A stretch of 64,000 nt of DNA from Nitrosopumilus sp. (GTDB taxonomy: Archaea; Thermoproteota; Nitrososphaeria; Nitrososphaerales; Nitrosopumilaceae), in assembly GCA_965238275.1 (NCBI GenBank), contig OZ250186.1, forward strand, positions 544,001 to 608,000, in the 5' to 3' direction. The first letter of the stretch is position 1. Every line of letters starts with the position of its first letter. The position numbers and the translations under genes were made by a program. Below are positions 18,719 through 28,099 of this stretch, one piece after another. The notes beneath the pieces are model-generated. The model did not search any database and was not told the DNA's origin. It saw only the letters and a list, made by a program, of their open reading frames with translations.

Positions 18719-20969
18719 TGGCATCCCCGTGTGATTTTCTCATTGATGCCAGACGTCCCTCCTTTCTGGGTTTCACTATCAGGACATACGCTGATGCCAC
18801 TAAATAAACACCAAGCAGGGCAATCTGGGCTACCACTGTCTCCAGTGTGGGGTATATTCCCGTCATCGTGGCCAGGTTGATATCCAGTCGGGGAATGGTA
18901 CCAAACATCGCAGTGTACGGCACTATGTCCAGCACCTGAAGCTCCCTTACGGCGTTTCCAAGGAATGTGATGGACATGTATGCGCCAACGCCCATTGTAA
19001 GGCCGAACAGAGCACGCAGGGGTAGCCTTCTTCCAAGTTTCCGCATCAGATAGTATATCAGGAATAGTACTGCCAATCCAGCAATGAGCCCAACTGCAAG
19101 ATATCCCTCCATGTATTTGGCAAATCCAGACATGGCCTGATAGAAGAGTACAGTCTCGAATCCCTCCCGATATACGGTAAAGAATGCCAGCATGACAAAG
19201 ACCATCACGCTGCCGGTGGTGGTTGCCTGCCATACTTTTGCCTTGACAAACTCCATCCACTTCTTGTGTTCGATCTTGTTTAGAACCCAGAAGCTGACAT
19301 AGAAGAGCATGGCAGTGGCAGACAGCGCTGCAATGGCCTCTATGAGTTCACGGTTTGCGCCGGATATCTCTATGATGTATGATGCAACAAACCAGGTCAG
19401 GCCGGTGGCGCCAATGGCTCCTATGACCCCGTAGTATACATGCTTTTTGAAGCGGTTGTTTCGTGATGCCTCAAGATACGTAAGAATGGCTCCCAGGATC
19501 AGAACCGACTCCAGACCCTCGCGAAATATTATTGCAAAGGATGATGAGAATGCAATTAGTGGTGCCAGAGTTCCTGTTCCGGTTACCAGTCGTTCGGACT
19601 CGTCCAGATTCCGCTCTATGGAAATTGCGACCTCTCGAACCTCCTCAAGGTCGGCCTGCTGGTTTATGAGATTCCGCAGGGTGGCAAACTGAAACTCGAC
19701 TTCGAGGGTAAAGTCGGGATCGATTGCCCTGAGTGGAATCTCCACGTACTCGTAGCTGTCAAGATACGCAGTCCGTGCAGACGTGTAGGCTGCCTGGTAG
19801 TCCCCGTTCTCGTGCTGAATCAGCATCTCCTGAAGGGTAGTGCGGATAAAGTCGATCTCGTCTCTGACGCCGGATTTTTCCTCACTTGTCGCATCGCCCC
19901 TCTCCAGAAGAACTCTTTCAGGAGCTGCTGTTGCTGCTTGCGCAAATCCTTCTGCACCCAGTTCTGCCACCTTTGATTCGACGATGTCAAGATCAGGCAG
20001 GATCGATTCTTCTAAAAATTCCCGGATTTGTCCGGCATCCTGTTTCTCTTTAATCATACCCCGCAGCACCTCCCTCATGTCCCACTCTAGAGCGGAGAGT
20101 AGATCGGGGTCGACCTTTTCAATGTCAGACTCCAGATACTCAAAGTTTTCAAGATATGCCTCCACTGCCAGATCCTCTGCTGCCACATAATTCCCGTCAT
20201 CCACGGATTCAAGCAGATCTGCGTACAGAGCACGGATTGTGTCATAGAGCTCCTGTTTGTCATATGAGAGTGGTTGGTACTCTGTAAGATCACGGTTTAT
20301 TGCCGTGATCAGGGTTCCAACCGAATGAAAGTCGTCCCTTGCCTCTATCTTCCCCTGGAGCTCTATTAGAAATGAGGTAATCTCCTTGGTCAATCGCTCG
20401 TCGTAATCGGTGTTTGGGAATAATTCATGGGCCCGTTCTGTCAGGGCCAGGGAAAGATCATACAGTATGGGGTTTTCGTCTGTAACGGCAGTCTGATACT
20501 GCTCGTCTACCACCGTTATCATCATGGCAATGACCGTTCCATAGTTGGGATTGGCAGCCTCATACTGGTCTAGGAGACTCTTGGATTTGTCAATATCTGA
20601 GATTATCTGCTGGGATTCTACGGTACCAATTCCGTTATGAATGTCCAAGAGGAGCAGATGAATCTCGTCTGTGACGACGGAGTTTGAAGTCCTTAGATTC
20701 TGCAGGTGCAGTGGAAAGATCTCGGTATTGATCCTAGAGAGGGTCTTTGCATCTTCAGCACTATCTAGGTGTTGTTTGGCCAGATCCAGCGAAGATGACA
20801 GGAGTTCGGAGATGAACAGTACGGACGTGTCGGATTCTGAAAAGGTCTCGGTATCTGCATGGATATCGGTTTTAGGTACCAGTGCCAGTACAAGCAGAAA
20901 TGCGATTAAGATTCGTACGTAATTTAATCTAGGGAAGACCAATATGTTGAGAGACATAGATGAGGTCAA
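18708..20969 (-). CDS. FTR1-family iron permease with a large extracellular domain
   Basis: Two REGxE motifs (FREGLE, YREGFE); AYLENFEYLE and AYLDSYEYVE repeats; start codon uncertain. Confidence 0.9.
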   Translation of the reverse strand: MTSSMSLNILVFPRLNYVRILIAFLLVLALVPKTDIHADTETFSESDTSVLFISELLSSSLDLAKQHLDSAEDAKTLSRINTEIFPLHLQNLRTSNSVVTDEIHLLLLDIHNGIGTVESQQIISDIDKSKSLLDQYEAANPNYGTVIAMMITVVDEQYQTAVTDENPILYDLSLALTERAHELFPNTDYDERLTKEITSFLIELQGKIEARDDFHSVGTLITAINRDLTEYQPLSYDKQELYDTIRALYADLLESVDDGNYVAAEDLAVEAYLENFEYLESDIEKVDPDLLSALEWDMREVLRGMIKEKQDAGQIREFLEESILPDLDIVESKVAELGAEGFAQAATAAPERVLLERGDATSEEKSGVRDEIDFIRTTLQEMLIQHENGDYQAAYTSARTAYLDSYEYVEIPLRAIDPDFTLEVEFQFATLRNLINQQADLEEVREVAISIERNLDESERLVTGTGTLAPLIAFSSSFAIIFREGLESVLILGAILTYLEASRNNRFKKHVYYGVIGAIGATGLTWFVASYIIEISGANRELIEAIAALSATAMLFYVSFWVLNKIEHKKWMEFVKAKVWQATTTGSVMVFVMLAFFTVYREGFETVLFYQAMSGFAKYMEGYLAVGLIAGLAVLFLIYYLMRKLGRRLPLRALFGLTMGVGAYMSITFLGNAVRELQVLDIVPYTAMFGTIPRLDINLATMTGIYPTLETVVAQIALLGVYLVASAYVLIVKPRKEGRLASMRKSHGDANVK

Positions 20970-21012
20970 TATTTAAAAGAGATTCTCATTTTATAGATAT
21001 AGAACAAATGCG

Positions 21013-21733
21013 TAGTAGGGGCCAAAACAATCCGATCACCCTCGGTCAATAATTCCGAAAACTACCGAACCTCATGAAATAATTTGCCCGTCAGTGCTGT
21101 GTCCGGTTGGACTGAATGCCTCGGGGCATACATTCAGATCATAGGTATGTTCATATGCGCTTATGATGACTGTTGCCGAAGAAAAACAAGGCGTCGCCGA
21201 CCCCGGCCGTCGCGCAAGGACCGTTCCCGCAACCTGACTGGCATCCGGACAAAAGAGGCTCGAGGCCGGATCCCTGTTCATGCCGAACGTGAGCGAAAAG
21301 AAGCTGGTGCGGATGTGCGCAAAAGAGAAGAACGTTCTGGCCAAGCTCAGGATGCTTGCATGCATAGTAGGGGCCAAAACAATCCGATCACCCTCGGTCA
21401 ATAATTCCGAAAACTACCGAACCTCATGAAATAATTTGCCCGTCAGTGCTGTGTCCGGTTGGACTGAATGCCTCGGGGCATACATTCAGATCATAGGTAT
21501 GTTCATATGCGCTTATGATGACTGTTGCCGAAGAAAAACAAGGCGTCGCCGACCCCGGCCGTCGCGCAAGGACCGTTCCCGCAACCGGACTGGCATCCGG
21601 ACAAAAGAGGCTCGAGGCCGGATCCCTGTTCATGCCGAACGTGAGCGAAAAGAAGCTGGTGCGGATGTGCGCAAAAGAGAAGAACGTTCTGGCCAAGCTC
21701 AGGATGCTTGCATGCTCAGGATGCTTGCATGCA
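21013..21733 (+). repeat. Two truncated copies (352 and 369 bp) of the 5' end of the adjacent IS630
   Basis: Units start TAGTAGGGGCCAAAAC at 21013, 21365 and 21734. Confidence 0.95.
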
Positions 21734-23010
21734 TAGTAGGGGCCAAAACAATCCGATCACCCTCGGTCAATAATTCCGAAAACTACCGAACCTCATGAAA
21801 TAATTTGCCCGTCAGTGCTGTGTCCGGTTGGACTGAATGCCTCGGGGCATACATTCAGATCATAGGTATGTTCATATGCGCTTATGATGACTGTTGCCGA
21901 AGAAAAACAAGGCGTCGCCGACCCCGGCCGTCGCGCAAGGACCGTTCCCGCAACCGGACTGGCATCCGGACAAAAGAGGCTCGAGGCCGGATCCCTGTTC
22001 ATGCCGAACGTGAGCGAAAAGAAGCTGGTGCGGATGTGCGCAAAAGAGAAGAACGTTCTGGCCAAGCTCAGGATGCTTGCGTGCATCATGAGAAAGCAGA
22101 GCCACAGCATCAGGGAGATCTGCAGGAAGCTTGTCATGCCGTATTCCACCGTGCGCGACTGGTTGGTGCGGATGCAGGAGCGGGGATTGAGGGCCAGGTT
22201 CAACCGAATGCGCAGAGGCAGGAAAAGCAAGATGCCCAAGTCTTTTTCCAGGACAATTCGAGCGTGGCTGAACAACGAGCCAAAAAAGTACGGATTCGAG
22301 TCCGGCTCCTGGCAGCTCAACTTGGTGCTGGAGATGATCCGGCGGAAGTTTGGAATGGACTGCAAGGAGCGCACGCTGCGAAGGATGCTCAAAAGGATCG
22401 GGTTCTCCTACCGAAAGGCAAGGCCGGTTCCGCCCAAGTCAGCCTCGGAAAGCGAACAAGAAGAGTTCAAGGCAGCGGCCGGCAAGAGGGCAAGGGATCT
22501 GGCCAATGAAGGGTGCGCCGTGTTCGTCGAAGACGAGGCCGCAGTCGGCATGTCGCAGGAACCGGGCTACGGGTGGAGGCCCACGGGAGGACGCGACGAG
22601 ATCCAGACCGGGTTCTCGAAAAAGGCCGTCAGCCTGCTTGGCATCATGGGCACAGATACCCTCTACGTCCGCGTGGCAGATTCTGCAAACTCTGAGACGT
22701 TCAAGGAGTTCCTCGAGGATGTCCGCAGGAATCACCCAAAATTTTACATGGTTCTGGACAACGCGTCGTACCACCATTCCCACAAGGTTCAAGAATACGT
22801 GGCCGGCACTGGCGGTGACGTAAAGCTGGAATTTCTCCCGCCCCGCACGCCGCAGCTTAACCAGATTGAAAACGTCTGGAGGGATCTCAAGAGACGACTG
22901 GCAGGCAGGTACTTCAAATCCCCCGAGGAGCTAAAGGCGGCGATAACGATAATCCTTGAAAAAGAGATGGGCAACCGACTTGTGGGCTATCTGGTAAATT
23001 AGCCACATTA
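21734..23010 (+). mobile_element. IS630-family insertion sequence
   Basis: TA dinucleotides at both inferred ends and an intact transposase; terminal inverted repeats only weakly similar. Confidence 0.8.
21884..23002 (+). CDS. IS630 transposase
   Basis: HTH domains, FVEDEA, VLDNASYH, PQLNQIENVW (DDE triad). Confidence 0.95.
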   Translation: MMTVAEEKQGVADPGRRARTVPATGLASGQKRLEAGSLFMPNVSEKKLVRMCAKEKNVLAKLRMLACIMRKQSHSIREICRKLVMPYSTVRDWLVRMQERGLRARFNRMRRGRKSKMPKSFSRTIRAWLNNEPKKYGFESGSWQLNLVLEMIRRKFGMDCKERTLRRMLKRIGFSYRKARPVPPKSASESEQEEFKAAAGKRARDLANEGCAVFVEDEAAVGMSQEPGYGWRPTGGRDEIQTGFSKKAVSLLGIMGTDTLYVRVADSANSETFKEFLEDVRRNHPKFYMVLDNASYHHSHKVQEYVAGTGGDVKLEFLPPRTPQLNQIENVWRDLKRRLAGRYFKSPEELKAAITIILEKEMGNRLVGYLVN

Positions 23011-23077
23011 GTGTGAAAATTTATTCTTGCGTGTGAAATAATACGGATCCCTGTTTGCCTGTCACCTGATTTCTGTG

Positions 23078-23109
23078 CAAGCCGTGGTTTCAACCACGTC
23101 AGGTTTGAC
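23078..23109 (+). mobile_element. Solo IS200/IS605-type end
   Basis: CAAG, hairpin CGTGGTT-TC-AACCACG, then TTGAC. Confidence 0.5.
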
Positions 23110-23577
23110 AAGTGCATGATTATATGGTTAATTTAGCCAAAGGTGAGCGGATTGTTCTGGCCTATACTATGCGTATAAGATTTTACGGGCAAGTATCAGA
23201 ATCATGATGGTTTTTGAGATAGTGCTACAAACTTTATGATTGACAGTCCTCCCGGTGCCGGCACGTGTCAAAAACACTGCCAAGAGATCAGCCGAACCGT
23301 ACGATATATTGTGTTTTTCGGAGAACTCGATGGAATACGGTAAACAGCGCAGGGTTGATTGCGTTAAATGCGGATTCTGTGGACAAGAGCCAACACTTGC
23401 TTGTCGCGTACCATCGTATGTGACTTGCAGGTGCCACGTTTAATCACCGGGCATCCAAAAAACTGGCACCCTGGCTATTCCTCACGAATATAGCGTGCAA
23501 GGCAAAGCCTTGAAAAGTACATTTCCATCTACTGTTCAAAAAGATGGGCTTAAATAATTAGAAACGTTTTGTCCTCC

Positions 23578-23670
23578 GGGCTTGTGGCGCAGAGTCAGCA
23601 TGACGCGAAGTATGGATAGCGTGGTAGCCTCCTAAGTTACAGGTCGAGGGATCGAAGCCCTCCAAGCCCG
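23578..23670 (+). tRNA. tRNA-Arg(CCT) with an ~18-nt D-loop intron (23593-23610)
   Basis: GGGCTTG/CAAGCCC acceptor stem, GTAGC-CTCCTAA-GTTAC anticodon arm; removing the intron gives a 75-nt tRNA. Confidence 0.9.
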
Positions 23671-23750
23671 TCTTATTCCACACTGTAAAATACGAAAGGT
23701 GTAATTTCAGACAGTCGGAAATATAAGGATCAGCATGAGTGATTCAGCGT

Positions 23751-24290
23751 ATGAGGGTCGTAGTGATATCAGGCAGCCCGAGAAAGGACGCAGTAACGCA
23801 GGTGATGATGAAGTACGTCTTTGAGTATGCAAAGTCAAAAAACCCGGATACAAAGCTGATCAATCTCTCAAAAGGCCAGATAGAGTGCTATCGCGGTTAT
23901 GGCGAGCAGTACAACGAGGCCACGATGGAGGCGGCAAGGGACATCACGGAGGCCGATGTCTGGCTGGTTGGCACCCCGATTTACAACTCGTTTTTCAGTT
24001 CGGCACTAAAGAACCTCTTCGAGTACATAAACTACAAAAAGACGCCTGGAAAGGTAGCAGGCATGGCAATCATGGCAGCAGGCAACATAGGATTTACAGA
24101 CGTACAGACGCTGCTCACGCAGCTGATGTCATACTTTAGGGTGGTGGCAAACCCAAAGGCGGTATACCTAACCACCGAATCAGTCAGCGGGAATGCCGTC
24201 TCGGATTCAGGGGCACAGGACAGGCTAAGGGAGATGGTCGACGAGACGCTGGAGATTGCCTCCAAGCTACAGACACCAGGCCAGTCATGA
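23751..24290 (+). CDS. NADPH-dependent FMN reductase
   Basis: ISGSPR, GTPIYN, LKNLFE flavodoxin-fold motifs. Confidence 0.88.
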   Translation: MRVVVISGSPRKDAVTQVMMKYVFEYAKSKNPDTKLINLSKGQIECYRGYGEQYNEATMEAARDITEADVWLVGTPIYNSFFSSALKNLFEYINYKKTPGKVAGMAIMAAGNIGFTDVQTLLTQLMSYFRVVANPKAVYLTTESVSGNAVSDSGAQDRLREMVDETLEIASKLQTPGQS

Positions 24291-24364
24291 TAAACCCTGT
24301 CAGAGATCATGGGTGTGACGGGGATCCTGCAAAGGTCAAATATTGATACGGTTGTAGTGTTGTT

Positions 24365-24481
24365 GTGAAGGATCCCACCGAGATGTGCCCCTGCAAGTGT
24401 CATTACGGAGGGGCCGTAAGCTGCCCCGGGTGCAAGGACAACCATGGAATATCATGCAGCCACTGCAAGGGTATGAACTAG
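24365..24481 (+). CDS. Putative 38-aa Cys/His-rich microprotein
   Basis: MKDPTEMCPCKCHYGGAVSCPGCKDNHGISCSHCKGMN; stop lies 4 bp from the convergent gene. Confidence 0.6.
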   Translation: MKDPTEMCPCKCHYGGAVSCPGCKDNHGISCSHCKGMN

Positions 24482-24485
24482 CCGG

Positions 24486-24824
24486 TTACGGATCCCTGTC
24501 TGAGGCAGTCTCGGCATAGCTTATGGCGCCAACCTGTCTTTCGGCCTTTGGGGGCTCCTGATCGCCGGAGGTTGTTATGGAGATTATCGGCGCGTCTATG
24601 GCAGACTGTCCTGCATCATGGGCGATGGAGGGCTTGTGCACATAGTCGGCACTCTTTTGGGCCAGCCAGCACATGAGTGTCAGAAACCAGATGATTGGGA
24701 CTGCCATGGTAAATATAAAGTTCAGCACGGGAGCAAAGTCAAGAAAGTAGAACCACAGGCCGGTCAGAACGGCTGCAAATGCGCCTGTCGAGACGGTGGC
24801 CAGCTGATTTCCCATATAGCCCAT
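24486..24824 (-). CDS. Hypothetical membrane protein
   Basis: Two TM helices; AT-rich upstream region. Confidence 0.65.
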   Translation of the reverse strand: MGYMGNQLATVSTGAFAAVLTGLWFYFLDFAPVLNFIFTMAVPIIWFLTLMCWLAQKSADYVHKPSIAHDAGQSAIDAPIISITTSGDQEPPKAERQVGAISYAETASDRDP

Positions 24825-24884
24825 GAATTATGTAGGAATTCGTGTTTTATATTAGTGATGTTACGGCGGGAGAATGAATCCGGA

Positions 24885-25118
24885 TTATTCTGGGGGCGCA
24901 GACTCTATCTCAGATATGCGTGACTGAAGGATGTCTATCTTTTTGAGCATGTCCAGCCTCAAGTCCCGCGCGACCCTCCTCACGGTAGGTCTTGGGACTT
25001 CAAGATCAGTGACTATCTTGGTGTAGATGTCCTGCTTGTCTGTAATGCCCTGCTCTATACAGGACTCGATTGCCTTTTTGATCTCTACGGTCTGGTTTGT
25101 CTGGTTCAATGGGTTCAA
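24885..25118 (-). CDS. Small hypothetical protein, possible HTH
   Basis: KQDIYTKIV.DLEVPRPTVRRVAR pattern. Confidence 0.65.
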   Translation of the reverse strand: MNPLNQTNQTVEIKKAIESCIEQGITDKQDIYTKIVTDLEVPRPTVRRVARDLRLDMLKKIDILQSRISEIESAPPE

Positions 25119-25228
25119 GTACCGATCATCATATATAATTGCTATAATTTCTGCCGCACCAAGACGCCTGCGACATCAAGAGAGATGTTCTGAAAAGACT
25201 CTTATGATAAGGCGCCAAAGCAGTCAAG

Positions 25229-25705
25229 ATGACAGACGTAAGCATCGAGACCAATTTCGGAAGAATCTCAATCAGGCTTCTGCCTGATCTGGCTCCCGAG
25301 ACGGTTAGAAATTTTGAAAAGCTTGCAAGGGACGGATTCTATGACGGAACGCTCTTTCACAGGGTCATTCCAGGATTTATGATCCAGGGAGGGGATCCGA
25401 ACACAAAGACGAACAACAAGGGCTCTTGGGGTACCGGAGGACCCGGATACGCCATCAAGGCAGAGTTCAACACCAGATCCCACCAGCGCGGCATAGTCTC
25501 CATGGCAAGGTCACAGGATCCGGACAGTGCAGGATCGCAGTTCTTCATAGTTACAACCGACAGCCCGTTCTTGGACAGACAGTACACCGTGTTTGGCCAG
25601 GTGACAGACGGCATGGATGTGACCGACAAGATTGTAAGCCTTCAGAGGGACAGAAACGACTGCCCGCTGGAGAAGGCGCAGATGCTTCACGTAAAGGTGG
25701 GGTAG
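25229..25705 (+). CDS. Cyclophilin-type peptidyl-prolyl isomerase
   Basis: FYDGTLFHRVIPGFMIQGGDP, SAGSQFFI. Confidence 0.95.
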   Translation: MTDVSIETNFGRISIRLLPDLAPETVRNFEKLARDGFYDGTLFHRVIPGFMIQGGDPNTKTNNKGSWGTGGPGYAIKAEFNTRSHQRGIVSMARSQDPDSAGSQFFIVTTDSPFLDRQYTVFGQVTDGMDVTDKIVSLQRDRNDCPLEKAQMLHVKVG

Positions 25706-26593
25706 ATGAGGGCTAGTCTCCTTGTATTTTTTGTAATTCCGTTAGTTCTTGCAGTCCAGTATGCAGAGGCCCAGGATTCCGAAACCCGGCAGGCAGAACA
25801 GAGACTAGTCGAGATGACCTTTGATGGACAGGGCAACGCACATGTCAGGCATGTGGCAGCACCGTCTGACTCTCAGGCCGGGATGGCGCTGATACCCGGG
25901 GATGCCAGAAACCTCTCAGTTGTAGACCAGTCCGGCCGGCCGCAGCTGGTAGTCAGCGACGGCCGCACAGTTACCATCATGCCCTCAGAGAGCCACACCA
26001 TAGTGACCTATGACCTGAATGATGCAGCAGTCCTGATCAACGGCATGTGGACCATAGAGTTTCGGTACCCGGAGACGACTACATTTCTATTTCCCGAGGA
26101 GGTGGATCTGGTGTTCATAAACGACGGGCCGCTGCGCTTTGAGGACGCCGAGGGATTCAACTGCCACGGGTGCCAGCTTACCTTAAAGTATGCCACAGAC
26201 GAGCCAAGGAACCTGATGCCGGCAAGCTGGGAGGGACAGGAGTTTATGGTGGAGGTGAGGACGTTTGCAGAGATTGAGGACTTTGGGTTCAGCCAGCCCT
26301 CAAAGGAGATCAGTTTCAGCTCCGACTGGGACGGCCGGTTCGTTACGGTGGTAATCCCCCAGGAGCTGCTGTGGGGGCCGTACGCCGTATTCCAAGATGA
26401 CAGGACGATTCCGTTTAACGATTACACAAGTAATGGAACCCACGTATGGGTGAACATGAAGCCGGATGCTTCTGGCACAATTACAATCGTGGGAACCACG
26501 GTGGTTCCCGAGTTCTCGATAGTGGCCCCGCTGGCAGCCGGATTCCTGGCAGTCCTTGCAGTACCGCTGATAAGAAAGGCTACTCTCCGCTAG
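25706..26593 (+). CDS. Exported protein with a PEF(G)-CTERM-like sorting signal
   Basis: Signal peptide; C-terminal GTTVVPEF, TM helix and basic tail. Confidence 0.8.
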   Translation: MRASLLVFFVIPLVLAVQYAEAQDSETRQAEQRLVEMTFDGQGNAHVRHVAAPSDSQAGMALIPGDARNLSVVDQSGRPQLVVSDGRTVTIMPSESHTIVTYDLNDAAVLINGMWTIEFRYPETTTFLFPEEVDLVFINDGPLRFEDAEGFNCHGCQLTLKYATDEPRNLMPASWEGQEFMVEVRTFAEIEDFGFSQPSKEISFSSDWDGRFVTVVIPQELLWGPYAVFQDDRTIPFNDYTSNGTHVWVNMKPDASGTITIVGTTVVPEFSIVAPLAAGFLAVLAVPLIRKATLR

Positions 26594-26735
26594 AGCCGCA
26601 GGAGCAAAACCCATACTCGTCAATACGGGTATTGCAGATCGGGCACTTCTCCCCATAGCTTACCTCCCATGGCTCCTTTCCAAAGAGGCGGAAGTGATCA
26701 TCGATCTCAATGGGGATGGTTCTCTTCTTTTCCAA
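26580..26735 (-). CDS. Small Zn-finger protein
   Basis: PIEIDDHFRLFGKEPWE...CPIC...FCSC; TTG start inferred. Confidence 0.6.
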   Translation of the reverse strand: MEKKRTIPIEIDDHFRLFGKEPWEVSYGEKCPICNTRIDEYGFCSCGSSGE

Positions 26736-26777
26736 TGAATGGTATAAGTAATCAGGGTATAGATACATTGCCAGGAT

Positions 26778-26969
26778 ATGAGGGTGGAATGCGGATGCCA
26801 CTGTATAAGGTGCAGCAGCACGGATCTGGAATCGTACAGAACCGGGAAGACAGAAGAGGACGGGTATTTTGACATGCACCACACATGCAGGCGCTGCAAC
26901 GCCCACTTTGATCATCTGGAAGGGGAGATCTTTACAGAGTGCAAAGGGTGCAGATACCCTACTAGCTGA
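26778..26969 (+). CDS. Small Cys-rich protein
   Basis: CGCHCIRC, CRRC and CKGC motifs in 63 aa. Confidence 0.65.
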   Translation: MRVECGCHCIRCSSTDLESYRTGKTEEDGYFDMHHTCRRCNAHFDHLEGEIFTECKGCRYPTS

Positions 26970-27510
26970 CTAAAAGCGGCCTTCGGGCAGCAGCATAGCA
27001 GACATGGTTTCCGTCAGAGTCCTTTACAAGCCTCTTGCCTGTAGCCATCAGCACCATTGCCTTGGATACGTCCAGACGGCTTGCGGCCCAGCCGTTCTCC
27101 CTGAGATGCTGGACAGTCTCTGTGACGGTCCGTGGAGTGTCAAAGAATCCGGCTGCCCCAATTGCCAGCAGTTTTGAGGGGATCTCACCTGCGGCAATGT
27201 TCTCAGGTTCGGTAAATTCCGGCTCATACACCTCGGCCTCATCAAGCATGCCCAGTACCGGGATCCGGGATGCGTCAGGCAGTTCTTCTGAGGATGCAGA
27301 AAATTCCGTTTCAGGCTGCATGGTCTCCTCATCAGAGATAGACTCGTCGGCCAGGGCCTCCTCTACGGCATATACGATCTTTGCCCTGCTGTCTGACAGA
27401 TACTGTGACAGTCCGTCTATGACATCGCCAAGCGTCTGGTTGTCAACATAGATGTCCCTGGAGTCGACTTCGATCTCATCTTCGCCCAGCTTTAGACGTA
27501 TACGTGCCAA
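26962..27510 (-). CDS. Hypothetical protein with a possible C-terminal winged helix
   Basis: RIRLKLGEDEIEV N-terminus; GFFDTPRTVTE motif. Confidence 0.7.
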   Translation of the reverse strand: MARIRLKLGEDEIEVDSRDIYVDNQTLGDVIDGLSQYLSDSRAKIVYAVEEALADESISDEETMQPETEFSASSEELPDASRIPVLGMLDEAEVYEPEFTEPENIAAGEIPSKLLAIGAAGFFDTPRTVTETVQHLRENGWAASRLDVSKAMVLMATGKRLVKDSDGNHVCYAAARRPLLVS

Positions 27511-27617
27511 TGAAGGGTAATGGGGAAGGAAGGATTTATCCTATAGTATCTAATCTGCTTGAAGATTAGATCAAAAAATTTACACAAATTATCGGGGTTT
27601 TTTACCATTCGGGTTAA

Positions 27618-28088
27618 ATGGTTCTTCCCCGATACAGTGCGATGGTATCAAGAAGACATGGAGCGGCAGTCATATGCATGCTGGGCGTGGCCATATTCGG
27701 ATATACGCAGTACATGCTAGTCTCGCAGGTGGAGGCAGACATCATCCAGAGCGACCGCCTAGATGACGGCGGGACGGGTTCCGAGTATGACATCAAGTTA
27801 ATGTTTAACAATCCCTCCCTGCTGATACTGACAGCCGGCCAGACTGAGTTTCTGGTGATCGGAGACGACGGGATGCTTGGAAAGGGAAGCCTGGAGGCAT
27901 TTACGATCAACCCGCTTGACGATGCCGTTGTCAGCGGCACCTACCGTGCAGATTCCGGAGACGACGGGGCCGAGTCGGTATGGATAACCGGGGTTACAAG
28001 ATATGACATTCTTGTAGCATCAGTCGATGTTCCGTTTACATACCATCCAACAGACACACAGGTAATGGAATTTATACGTCAGGGCTGA
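27618..28088 (+). CDS. Membrane-anchored hypothetical protein (LEA2-like)
   Basis: N-terminal TM helix, FNNPS motif. Confidence 0.6.
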   Translation: MVLPRYSAMVSRRHGAAVICMLGVAIFGYTQYMLVSQVEADIIQSDRLDDGGTGSEYDIKLMFNNPSLLILTAGQTEFLVIGDDGMLGKGSLEAFTINPLDDAVVSGTYRADSGDDGAESVWITGVTRYDILVASVDVPFTYHPTDTQVMEFIRQG

Positions 28089-28099
28089 GATCCCCTCAG

